Position numbers and translations under genes: made by a program | Origin: a virus | Taxonomy: Duplodnaviria; Caudoviricetes | Direction: 5' to 3' (one strand) | Length of the DNA: 64,000 nt | Virus record (IMG/VR): IMGVR_UViG_3300005080_000001 | Location: 32,001-96,000 of that record | Shown here: positions 50,601 to 58,578 of the stretch, one piece after another | Layout of the letters: every line of letters starts with the position of its first letter | How positions within the stretch are numbered: position 1 is the first letter of the stretch | Notes under the pieces: model-generated | Databases searched by the model: none | What the model was told of the DNA's origin: nothing | The model's input: the letters and a program-made list of their open reading frames with translations, nothing else

Positions 50601-50934
50601 ATGTGAGTGTGAGTTAGCTTATCTCGGACATATCGAGACAAAGGATGTCAAAATGCTACCAAACATTATGATGCTTGTAGAAACACAAAAGAACAAGACG
50701 TACACTCGTGCAAAAGCTTATCAGTTTGCAACTGGTGAAGTTCGTGAATTCAAGATTGGTAGCCGTACATATGCTAACGTGCCATTTGAAGAAAGAGATG
50801 TTATCCAGATTATTAATGCCGAGGTTAAGCCGAAGAAGAAGAAGATTAACGGAGTATGGCAGAATTCAAATGAACAAGAATTATGGTTGAAAGAAGTTAA
50901 ATTCATTCGAAAAGGTGGAGTAATTGGTGAGTAG
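47602..50934 (+). CDS. dnaE: DNA polymerase III alpha subunit (DnaE-type)
   Basis: PHP domain HLHT, TEHG, SDTH; GRGSVSGS; ADIDTD; KLDVLGL; YQEQ; YGFSINHS. Confidence 0.96.
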   Translation: MTTVSIKTSDLPSNVFSDMFYTAIHLHTDLSNQNMVEVVNTYKQYIDKAVEMGHKAIAFTEHGNVLSWYNKKKYAESKGLKYIHGCEVYVTLTLEEKKRDNFHMILLAKNHEGFKELNKMVSTGFDRKGNNFYYNPRISWEDIQNTSDNIIISTACLGGIVWQLHMNRAGSVYSERELAKVIKWFSENKHRVFLEIQPHRHLEQIQYNRLLKKISEQTGIRLVAGSDTHALNEEYDKARKVLQKAKRITFTDEDSFDLSFHSYEKMFKMFQAQYTFTDEEIHQAMQMTNVIADMIEPWDIDYSKKYPQLYDNPEEVFQQKIAEGIKYRGLDKKSLEVRKANAERIQHEYEVYKANEAINYLLLEDAVKSYARSQGVRYGFGRGSVSGSQIAYLLRITEMNAIDRNLNFARFMSKERISLADIDTDFPPNKRHIVQEWLLNHEKLHCAHIITYNTIALKGCIRDVGRGLDIPLDVVDEIAKGVEDNEMYWRERHPELFHYVDLIQGTVVSIGAHACGIAVSPIPLDENMGTITTIDAETKQPVVLTQINMKEIDAQNFVKLDVLGLDTVELISEAVDLAGLKWESILPENLDSEDSAVWESVLDNNIGIFQWESDFAHQIYKDLFSKETIEKIKQVHPKFSYMDLFSLGNAIIRPAGASYRDDVVQGNFYDNGHEVLNKFLSPTLGRLAYQEQIIDFLVQFCGYTGGEADVIRRSIGKKDRETLERLLPEIKQRFIDTMIEKYETRNVTAEQISEPFIQVILDASNYGFSINHSDAYSWLGYACAWLRYYYPLEFITANLNVNISKQEKTAKLVEYMKSKGITLNGIKFRYSRAGYMFDKETNSIYQGVEPIKFLNAQVAEGLYSLRGNHYASFTDLLIDIKDGITIMIDGDPERVARIRDVFTIDHEDFNPKVLQKLEKDGKIEYVEDRSVTINSRQMNILISLGYFSEFGGNKKLLRIFEFFEKNYKKTLKLKSKKERYAKVLQFELEQVEESLSLVEQCECELAYLGHIETKDVKMLPNIMMLVETQKNKTYTRAKAYQFATGEVREFKIGSRTYANVPFEERDVIQIINAEVKPKKKKINGVWQNSNEQELWLKEVKFIRKGGVIGE

Positions 50935-51172
50935 AAGACCAGTCATGTTTATCCCTTTGGGATTTACAATTGATAGCAATACGTCAATCGTGTTTAAAGA
51001 TTGTAAAATCTTCATGCACGAAGGGTGGAATATGCTTCATGCAAATGTATTCAAGGATCACTTTCAAGGTAATGTTGAACTAAAAGGTTGGGACATTTAT
51101 ACGGAAGAGAATCCAATAACATTCTTAGATAAAATTGAATCTTTTACAAAACAGGAGGAGCGATTAGTATGA
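50924..51172 (+). CDS. Hypothetical protein
   Basis: Coupled ORF. Confidence 0.55.
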   Translation: MVSRRPVMFIPLGFTIDSNTSIVFKDCKIFMHEGWNMLHANVFKDHFQGNVELKGWDIYTEENPITFLDKIESFTKQEERLV

Positions 51173-51531
51173 CAGTTACTACTATTAAATTAAATAAAGA
51201 ACTACAGGTTACAGAAATTCAGAAAGGTACAATCCTTAAGAAGAATGACGATATGTTTATTGTAGCAAAGATATCAGAAGCACAGTTTAACAGCGTAGTT
51301 GAAGAAAGCTTATTTGGTACAAACTACAACAACTCTCATAATGCAAGACAAACATTCTTACCAAAGAGTCAAGCAGTGCGCAATCCAAGCGAGGCTAAAT
51401 ATGTTTTAATCAGCCTAGCAACAGGATTGAAATTCTATCCAGAATTCTTAACTCTACAAGATTTGTTTATGCGCATCAGCAAGGCAGGCTTTAAAATTGT
51501 AAACAGAATTGAAATTACAGAGATCCGATAG
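51169..51531 (+). CDS. Hypothetical protein
   Basis: AGGAGG RBS. Confidence 0.65.
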   Translation: MTVTTIKLNKELQVTEIQKGTILKKNDDMFIVAKISEAQFNSVVEESLFGTNYNNSHNARQTFLPKSQAVRNPSEAKYVLISLATGLKFYPEFLTLQDLFMRISKAGFKIVNRIEITEIR

Positions 51532-51543
51532 GAGGAAAATACA

Positions 51544-51768
51544 TTGAAAAAACGTATTGAAAAGAAGTTTCTTAAGAAGAAGTATGGCAACGAGTATAAA
51601 AAGGGATATGGCGTAATCATAGGAAACGAGAACCGCTTTCACGGATTTAAAATAGGCGACATCGTTAAGATTGTAGGTACTGAGTACGGTACTTTGAAGT
51701 GTACTAAAAAAGATGGCGAACTCGAACTTATGCAGTACGTAGAACGCAAACATATTAAACAATTATAA
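51544..51768 (+). CDS. Small SH3-like hypothetical protein
   Basis: FKIGDIVKIV; AGGAGG RBS. Confidence 0.6.
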   Translation: MKKRIEKKFLKKKYGNEYKKGYGVIIGNENRFHGFKIGDIVKIVGTEYGTLKCTKKDGELELMQYVERKHIKQL

Positions 51769-51794
51769 AACAAAAGTATTGCAACGAGGAGCGA

Positions 51795-52049
51795 TTGACT
51801 TTGACAAGGGAAGAAGTTGCTGACCAAATAGGCGAAGAAGCTATGTTTGCTGACGGCTTTGACGATGCTCTAATTGGACATATTCAGCGATGTGGCACAC
51901 TAGTTGCCTTATATGATGCAGAAAAGTGTATTGAAATCTTAATTACAGTTGAGGGAATGAGCGAAGAAGATGCACGAGAACACTTTGATCAGAATGTTCT
52001 TCAATCATGGGTAGGAGATATGACTCCTGCCTTCGCTTTCCTATCATAA
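51795..52049 (+). CDS. Conserved phage protein
   Basis: ADGFDDALIG...YD..KCIEIL..GMSEEDARE..TP. Confidence 0.75.
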   Translation: MTLTREEVADQIGEEAMFADGFDDALIGHIQRCGTLVALYDAEKCIEILITVEGMSEEDAREHFDQNVLQSWVGDMTPAFAFLS

Positions 52050-52070
52050 TTACAAAGGAGAATAATTACT

Positions 52071-52649
52071 ATGACTAAACAGGTATATATCGCAGGAGAC
52101 ATGCTTCCGAAAGGTTCTCAAATGCTTCGTGCATTAGAGCGTGAACAAATCAAAGAGATTGGCTTAGATTTCTATAATCCAATGGATAATAAGGAAATCA
52201 ATTCGAAAGAAGAAGTAAGCAACGATGGACTAGCTGAACGAATTGTTAAAGCTGATACAGATGCAATTGAATCAAGTGATGTTATTGTAATCGAGCCACA
52301 ACCATTCGCTTTAGGAACAATGGTCGAACTTGGGCAGGTAAAAGGTCGCAAAGACCTTGCCAAACAAATAATCGCCATGGCTGACGATTTCAATGGTTCT
52401 GTCTCAGAATTACTAAACCAAATTATTGAATTAGCTGAACAAGTTGATAACCAAAAGGTATTTCCTCATTACGAAGATATTCGTAGATTCCCAAATGCAG
52501 GAGCAGATGAAGTAGGGGATCGTAGAAGCCTAGGAATCAACCAGTATGTATATGGCGTATGCTTAGACCTCACAGATGGCAAGGGCTTCTATGATTGGGA
52601 TGAAGTATTGGCAGAACTTAAGAAAATCAAGAATGACCCAACAATATAA
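52071..52649 (+). CDS. Nucleoside 2-deoxyribosyltransferase-like protein
   Basis: VYIAG, YNP, D..AIESSD, GTMVELG, NQYVYG. Confidence 0.8.
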   Translation: MTKQVYIAGDMLPKGSQMLRALEREQIKEIGLDFYNPMDNKEINSKEEVSNDGLAERIVKADTDAIESSDVIVIEPQPFALGTMVELGQVKGRKDLAKQIIAMADDFNGSVSELLNQIIELAEQVDNQKVFPHYEDIRRFPNAGADEVGDRRSLGINQYVYGVCLDLTDGKGFYDWDEVLAELKKIKNDPTI

Positions 52650-52717
52650 AACAAAAGTATTGCAATTAATATTTGTAGGTGCTACAATGTACCTACAAAT
52701 ATTATAGGGGTGAAAGT

Positions 52718-53398
52718 ATGATCGTTACAGTTAAAGGAATTAACTTCATCATCGATGATGAAGATGCTCACTTATTAGAGAAGTATAAATGGTACGTAGA
52801 TAGCAAGGGATATCTATGTCGAAGCGTAAATGAAACACAAGGTAAAATTATGTTTCATAGACAAGTAATGAGCGTTAGTGATAGCAATATATTTGTTGAC
52901 CACATTGATACAAATCCTAGAAACAATAGTAAAAGTAATCTTAGGGTAACAAATGTAGTGGGTAATTCACAAAACAGAAACAGAAATAAAAACAAGATTT
53001 CATCAAAATACAAAGGGGTATATCGCAAGCCCAATAATATGTTTCAAGTATTCATACAAGCCAATGGTAACAAGATGGCTTTGGGTACGTTTAATAACGA
53101 AGATGTGGCAGGGTATGTGTATAACATTAACGCCATTAAATACTTTGGAGAGTTTGCATTGCTTAACGATGTAAAATCATTTACAGATGAGCAAATTGAA
53201 TCACATAGATGCGTTAAAAGAAGTGCATCGTCAGAATACAAGGGTGTCAATTTTAATAAAACAAAAGGGAAATATCAAGGTAATTTTTATCACAATAAGA
53301 AGAGATGTTTCACTAAATGTTTTGATACAGCTAAAGAAGCTTACGATGATTTAATAAATATGAAAAGAAAATTGGAGGAAGACAGTGATGACAAATAA
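52718..53398 (+). mobile_element. Free-standing HNH/AP2 homing endonuclease
   Basis: MFHR..VDHIDTNPRNN..SNLR..NSQN; two SKYKGV/SEYKGV AP2-like repeats. Confidence 0.88.
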
Positions 53399-54071
53399 CA
53401 ACAATACGACAACTACGATTTTAAAGAAAGAGGACGAGGTAGTCCTTGTAGCAAACCGCAATAAACTATTTAATTATGGTATGTTAGAGTTCCAAGGAGT
53501 TACATCTGATGAGAGTCTAGTAGATACAATCATGTATCATTTAGATATGTATTACAAATCTATGCGTAGAGGTAGTAAAGATGAAGTAAATACACCTGTA
53601 GGCAAGAATGCAGAGTTAAACTTCGACTACAAACAACCAATTCCGTACATCGTAATCCGTAGAGGAGACGAGTTCTTTGTAACTGAGCGACTACAAGGCG
53701 GTGGGGAATCTCGATTACATGGCAAGTTAGCTATGGGCGCAGGCGGTCATATGAATCCATTGAGTGAAACTGAGGAAGAGCCATTCACAAAGGTATTAGA
53801 AGAGAATACTAAGCGAGAACTGGAAGAAGAACTTGAAATTAATCGTAAAATTGAGATTAAACCAATTGGCTTAATCAATGACGATTCTGATACTACTGGC
53901 AAGGTTCACATTGGAATTCTAGGCATTATTGACTTAGATGTTGAAGCTACTGTTGCTGTAAAAGAAGTGGAGCAATTAGCAGGACACTGGATGACACTAG
54001 ATGTTCTAAAATCAAAAGAGATTTACGATCGTTTAGAAAACTGGGGAAAAATTGTAGTAGATATGATGTAA
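53385..54071 (+). CDS. Nudix-like phosphoesterase
   Basis: YKQPIPY, ESRLH..GAGGHMN, RELEEEL, VHIG. Confidence 0.82.
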   Translation: MMTNNNNTTTTILKKEDEVVLVANRNKLFNYGMLEFQGVTSDESLVDTIMYHLDMYYKSMRRGSKDEVNTPVGKNAELNFDYKQPIPYIVIRRGDEFFVTERLQGGGESRLHGKLAMGAGGHMNPLSETEEEPFTKVLEENTKRELEEELEINRKIEIKPIGLINDDSDTTGKVHIGILGIIDLDVEATVAVKEVEQLAGHWMTLDVLKSKEIYDRLENWGKIVVDMM

Positions 54072-54077
54072 TAACAG

Positions 54078-54103
54078 GTAGCCAAGAAATTGGCTACTTT
54101 TTT
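54078..54103 (+). terminator. Intrinsic terminator
   Basis: GTAGCCAA/TTGGCTAC stem followed by T6. Confidence 0.8.
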
Positions 54104-54179
54104 ATTGACTTTCTATTTTTACTATAATACTATTGAAGTATTAAAGTTAGTATTCAATAACTAGGGAGTGTAGTGTATA

Positions 54180-54350
54180 ATGGAAAAGTATTGGTATGAG
54201 TATCGTTTAAGAGGGTTAAGCCTTGGCGCACAACCAAAAGGATTCGTTGATTCAGATGATACATATGGAAGGTTTGGGGCGGTCGCATATGACAGACCTC
54301 TTACTGAAAAGGAAATAAACGACTATGAGTTAAGGGTGATTGATAAATGA
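54180..54350 (+). CDS. Small protein (56 aa), DarA-related-like; not in ORF track
   Basis: YWYEYRLRG.S.GAQPKG...FG.VAYDRPLT..E...YEL; GGGAG RBS. Confidence 0.6.
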   Translation: MEKYWYEYRLRGLSLGAQPKGFVDSDDTYGRFGAVAYDRPLTEKEINDYELRVIDK

Positions 54351-54703
54351 TTAATGTAACTTTGACAAACAAAGAAAAGATATACGAGATTAGTGATATG
54401 GACTTTATCACAACGGTAGCAATTGCTACAGATGTATATGTACAGTTGGTAGAAGAGGCGCAATTAGAATCACAAGTTCCAGACTTTGCCTTTTCGATAA
54501 GAGATAGCTATCCAAGATTTATAAATGCACTAGAACAGGCAAGAGAAGAATTAGAGGTAGATGGCAAGGAAGTAGAGGAAAATGCGTTTATTCGCTTTTG
54601 GTTTGAGAAGTTGATCTTTGAGGAATTTAACCTACATGAGAAAACAAATAAAAAAGGGAAGCCGTTAAAACCATTCTTCAAAGCAAAAGATTATATACTA
54701 TAG
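54347..54703 (+). CDS. Hypothetical protein
   Basis: Coupled ORF. Confidence 0.6.
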   Translation: MINVTLTNKEKIYEISDMDFITTVAIATDVYVQLVEEAQLESQVPDFAFSIRDSYPRFINALEQAREELEVDGKEVEENAFIRFWFEKLIFEEFNLHEKTNKKGKPLKPFFKAKDYIL

Positions 54704-54752
54704 GTATTAGTCTTTTATTATATAAAAATTACATACAAAGGGGATTACGAAA

Positions 54753-55055
54753 ATGGGAGAGCGTAAAAAGAAAGTGTTTCATCATTTATACGGGTTTATT
54801 GAAATCAAACGCCAAGGAGAGATTGAAGTCCATCAATTGTTTGCAAGCGAAGAAGCACTAGAGGCAGAAGAGAAACGATTAGAAGTAAAGTATGGACGTA
54901 GCCCTAACTTATTAAATTTCGATCTTCACCGTGACACATATTCACTTCAAGATTTATTTGGGTTATTTACAGTCAATCAAATATGTGAAGTTGACAAAGG
55001 TTTTAAAACTTTTATTGAATCAAATCTAGACTTACTTTCTTTAGAAGAATATTAA
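54753..55055 (+). CDS. Hypothetical protein
   Basis: AGGGGG RBS. Confidence 0.6.
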   Translation: MGERKKKVFHHLYGFIEIKRQGEIEVHQLFASEEALEAEEKRLEVKYGRSPNLLNFDLHRDTYSLQDLFGLFTVNQICEVDKGFKTFIESNLDLLSLEEY

Positions 55056-55087
55056 TAAAAGCCATATTTTATTACTTACAGGAACGA

Positions 55088-55372
55088 GTGTTGAAGATGA
55101 CAAAACAGATGAAGGCTATGCCTTATGCAATTAAGCAGAAGCTACGCCAGATAGATAAGTATAATCATAAGGTAATGGCTCTACATCAAGAAGTTGCTGA
55201 TATGATAGAGGAACATGAAGTACCGTATGACCATCTAACGGCACAAGCAGATGTATTCAGTAACGAGCCAAAAACAGAGGCGTTAGCTTTTGTTCACAAC
55301 TGTGAAGGGAATATCGAAGAGAACATTAAGGAAATTGAAGAGGTATTCCTGTACTTTGCAAATAAACGTTAG
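55088..55372 (+). CDS. Hypothetical protein
   Basis: ORF after a family D site. Confidence 0.6.
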   Translation: MLKMTKQMKAMPYAIKQKLRQIDKYNHKVMALHQEVADMIEEHEVPYDHLTAQADVFSNEPKTEALAFVHNCEGNIEENIKEIEEVFLYFANKR

Positions 55373-55383
55373 GAGATTACAAA

Positions 55384-55662
55384 ATGGGACTGTCAACCGA
55401 TCTAGGAGTCAAGCTATTTGGTAATGTATCAACCTTATTAGTTATCGTTGGATTTATTTATGGTGGATGGAAAGTCTATCATTCAAGATTCTACAGAGAG
55501 TCTTTAGAATCAGAGTTTCGTGGTGGCGGTTATTCAGCAGGATTCAATCTATTCATTGCTATAATATTGTTTTTAGTGTATACCTTTGTATTCGCAGTCG
55601 TAACCGTTCTCCTTCCTTTGATCGCTCTTTATATCATATGGGGAGTACTTTTCGGATTTTAA
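55384..55662 (+). CDS. Membrane protein
   Basis: 2-3 TM segments. Confidence 0.65.
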   Translation: MGLSTDLGVKLFGNVSTLLVIVGFIYGGWKVYHSRFYRESLESEFRGGGYSAGFNLFIAIILFLVYTFVFAVVTVLLPLIALYIIWGVLFGF

Positions 55663-55688
55663 AAGGGCTAAATATTTAGTCCTTTTTT
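55661..55688 (+). terminator. Intrinsic terminator
   Basis: AAGGGCTAA/TTAGTCCTT stem followed by a T tract. Confidence 0.7.
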
Positions 55689-55802
55689 CATTAAACAAAA
55701 GTATTGACATTAATCTAGTCAATTGCTACAATGATAAAGTATTAAGTTAGGAATTTACTAAAAAATATACTTAAACAAAAGTATTGCATAGGAGGAAATG
55801 AA

Positions 55803-58088
55803 TTGGGAAACATCATTAAAGGAACAGCTAAACTAAAGCGAATCTTATTTCCAAAGGGTGTATATACAACAGATGGTGGATTTACTATAGCATCATTTGA
55901 ACCTATCAATGTAGATGAAGGGGAGTTGGAAGTAAACTCTAGCTACGGCACATTCACAATTAAAGGTGAACTGCCTCCACTTGATCCTAAAGCAACATAT
56001 TACTTCACTATTGAAGAAGGCGATCGCCATCCAACATTCGGAGTAAGTTATGAAAATATCTTCATGCGACAAGATGTTAATCTTGATACAAATGATAAAG
56101 AATCAGTTAAGAACTTCTTGCGAATCATCATGACAGAAAAGCAAGTAAAGGCTCTATATGAAGCTTTCGATAACCCAATGGAGATTATTGAATCCAGAGA
56201 CATCGAGAAGCTTACAGAAGCAAAGGGTATTGGATATAGAACAGCAGAACGTATCATTAATCACTATGAGTCTCAAAAGGATTATACGTTTGCCTATATG
56301 GAACTAGGAGAATATGAATTGTCTCCAAAGACGATCAGAAAGATTGTTACTTTCTACGGCAGTCCAGAACTAGCTGTACAAAAGATAAAAGAGAATCCAT
56401 ACGAACTAATGAAGATTGATGGCTACGGATTTAAGAAGTGCGATGAAATCTTCTTTAAAACTGGTGGAACTCCAAATGCTCCTATCCGCATTCTTTCATT
56501 CCTTGTACATACATTACAAGAAGAAGCAGGTAAAGGTCATACATGGTCTTCTCCAAATGACATTCTGAATGCTACATTTGAGAAGATTCCTACTGCAGAC
56601 AAGACTGAAGTAGGTAAAATGCTGATTAGTAATCCAGATATATTCTTCTTAAACGAAGATAAGAGCAGAATCTCTCTTAAATCATTTGTGCTACTTGAGG
56701 GTCTAGTTTCTACTCAACTACATCGTATTCTTAACACTGAAAACACATTTGAATATGAAGGTTGGGAAGAGGATGTCCTAAAGACAGAGGAACACCAAGG
56801 TTGGAGTTTTACTGACCAACAAAAAGATGGTATGAGTATGATGCTCGACAATAACATATCTATTCTTCAAGGTTATGGCGGTACTGGTAAAACAACTACT
56901 CTTAAAGCAGTTCTTGATGTATTAGAAGAAAAAGGTTATCTGTATGCACAGTGCGCACTTTCTGGGAAGGCATCAAACAATTTAACATTGGTAACTGGTA
57001 AAGATGGCAGTACAATTCACCGCTTACTAGGCTTCAATCCATTAGAAGGCAAGTTTATGTATGATCAAAATAACCCGTTGCCCTACGACATTGTCATTGT
57101 CGATGAGATTTCAATGGTAGATGCACGTTTATTTGCTCACTTATTACTTGCTATACGTACTGGTGCAAAGTTAATCATGTTAGGAGATAGTCAACAGTTA
57201 GAATCAATTGGTATTCCAGTTATGATTCCTATGATTACTTCTGGATTAATTCCTACATTAACATTAACTCAGATTCATAGACAGGCTCAAAAGTCTGCTG
57301 TGGTAACAGACTCTATTGCAATTCGTAAAGGTCTACAGGTAGTTAAGGAATCAAAGGGTCGTGTAATCCATGGGGAACTGCAGGACTTGGAGTATGAATT
57401 GGTAGAGAATGATGAAGAAATCTTTGTCCATGTTCTGAGAGAATTTTATAAGTATATGAAGAATGAGGACATTAAAGACATTCAAATTCTTACACAGGTT
57501 CGTACTAAAGGCGCTAACTCATGTCTAGCAATTAACCGTGCATGTCAGAAGATTTACAATCCTCATGGAGAAGGACAGAAGCAAGTAGAGATTGGTAATA
57601 AGGAAAAGGGTACTGATTACTTCCTTCGTGAAAGAGATAAAGTTATCAATATCCGAAACAACTATGACTCTGTTGATGAGTATGGAAGAATATGTCCTGT
57701 ATTCAATGGCAACGTAGGTATTTTAGAGTCATTTGGCAGTGACGATGATGGCAAATACATGCTGATTGATTTTGAGGGAATTGGTAAAGTTAAGATTTAT
57801 GAGGACAACTACAATTCTATTGAATTAGCATATTGTATCACCGTGCATAAGAGCCAAGGTTCATCAAGCAAGATCATTATCATTGCATTCCCATATCACT
57901 ATTTACTTAATAGCCGTCAGCTTATTTACACAGCAATTACTCGTACCAGAGAGCATTGTGTTGTTGTAGCGAGCAAGAAAACGCTTGTACAGGCTATTAA
58001 CAAGGATGATGTATCCAATAAGCGTACTTATTTAGCAGATTACTTAAAAGAACTTGAGGAATCAAGCGTTGCCTCTAATTCAAAATGA
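55803..58088 (+). CDS. recD2: RecD2-like SF1B helicase
   Basis: HhH KGIG, ENPY, GYGGTGKT, TIHRLLG, VDEISMVD, HRQA, ITVHKSQGS, YTAITR. Confidence 0.93.
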   Translation: MGNIIKGTAKLKRILFPKGVYTTDGGFTIASFEPINVDEGELEVNSSYGTFTIKGELPPLDPKATYYFTIEEGDRHPTFGVSYENIFMRQDVNLDTNDKESVKNFLRIIMTEKQVKALYEAFDNPMEIIESRDIEKLTEAKGIGYRTAERIINHYESQKDYTFAYMELGEYELSPKTIRKIVTFYGSPELAVQKIKENPYELMKIDGYGFKKCDEIFFKTGGTPNAPIRILSFLVHTLQEEAGKGHTWSSPNDILNATFEKIPTADKTEVGKMLISNPDIFFLNEDKSRISLKSFVLLEGLVSTQLHRILNTENTFEYEGWEEDVLKTEEHQGWSFTDQQKDGMSMMLDNNISILQGYGGTGKTTTLKAVLDVLEEKGYLYAQCALSGKASNNLTLVTGKDGSTIHRLLGFNPLEGKFMYDQNNPLPYDIVIVDEISMVDARLFAHLLLAIRTGAKLIMLGDSQQLESIGIPVMIPMITSGLIPTLTLTQIHRQAQKSAVVTDSIAIRKGLQVVKESKGRVIHGELQDLEYELVENDEEIFVHVLREFYKYMKNEDIKDIQILTQVRTKGANSCLAINRACQKIYNPHGEGQKQVEIGNKEKGTDYFLRERDKVINIRNNYDSVDEYGRICPVFNGNVGILESFGSDDDGKYMLIDFEGIGKVKIYEDNYNSIELAYCITVHKSQGSSSKIIIIAFPYHYLLNSRQLIYTAITRTREHCVVVASKKTLVQAINKDDVSNKRTYLADYLKELEESSVASNSK

Positions 58089-58199
58089 TTTAAAACAAAA
58101 GTATTGCAACTAAAATTAAAAGGTGGTATAATTGATTTTGTGAGGCACTAAATTTATTTATACCACTTAAAACAAAAGTATTGCAAAGAAGGCGAGAAA

Positions 58200-58574
58200 A
58201 TGATTATTGCATACGCATCATTGACAGGGAAAGTAAAGAACTTCACGGAACGGCTACATAAGCAGTTCCCAGACAGTGAAATCATCCATGTCAGAAAAGA
58301 CACTAAGATAAACGAACCTTTTGTTCTAATCACTTACACATTTGGCTCTGGAGATATTCCAGTAGAAGTCAAGTCATTCCTAGCTAATAACAGTGATCAT
58401 ATCATTGCTGTAGCAGGAAGTGGAGAACGGAATTGGGGCGCACATCGATTTTGTAAAGCCTCGATTGATATATCAAAGCAATTCAATGTACCACTGCTTC
58501 ATACGTTTGAAAAGATGGGCTTTGATTCTGATGTAGATATCGTGGCAAATAAGCTTAGAGAATTGAAAGGATGA
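58200..58574 (+). CDS. nrdI: Class Ib RNR flavodoxin NrdI
   Basis: YASLTG, TYTFG.G..P, GSGERNWG. Confidence 0.93.
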   Translation: MIIAYASLTGKVKNFTERLHKQFPDSEIIHVRKDTKINEPFVLITYTFGSGDIPVEVKSFLANNSDHIIAVAGSGERNWGAHRFCKASIDISKQFNVPLLHTFEKMGFDSDVDIVANKLRELKG

Positions 58575-58578
58575 TATA

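Larger units (their letters stand above)
4892..54138. promoter_or_regulatory. Palindromic operator family C, CTTCAATACT-N5-AGTATTGAAG
   Basis: Near-full copies at 4893, 6341, 8658, 11384, 12435, 13633 and 47320; right-arm-only copies at ~9429, 13331 and 54129; usually on or just after sigmaA-like promoters. Confidence 0.8.
6149..55075. repeat. Palindrome family D, TTAATAAAA-N6-TTTTATTAA, at gene junctions
   Basis: Copies at 6149, 10414, 22328, 37162, 40411 and 55052; constant 6-bp variable spacer. Confidence 0.65.
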
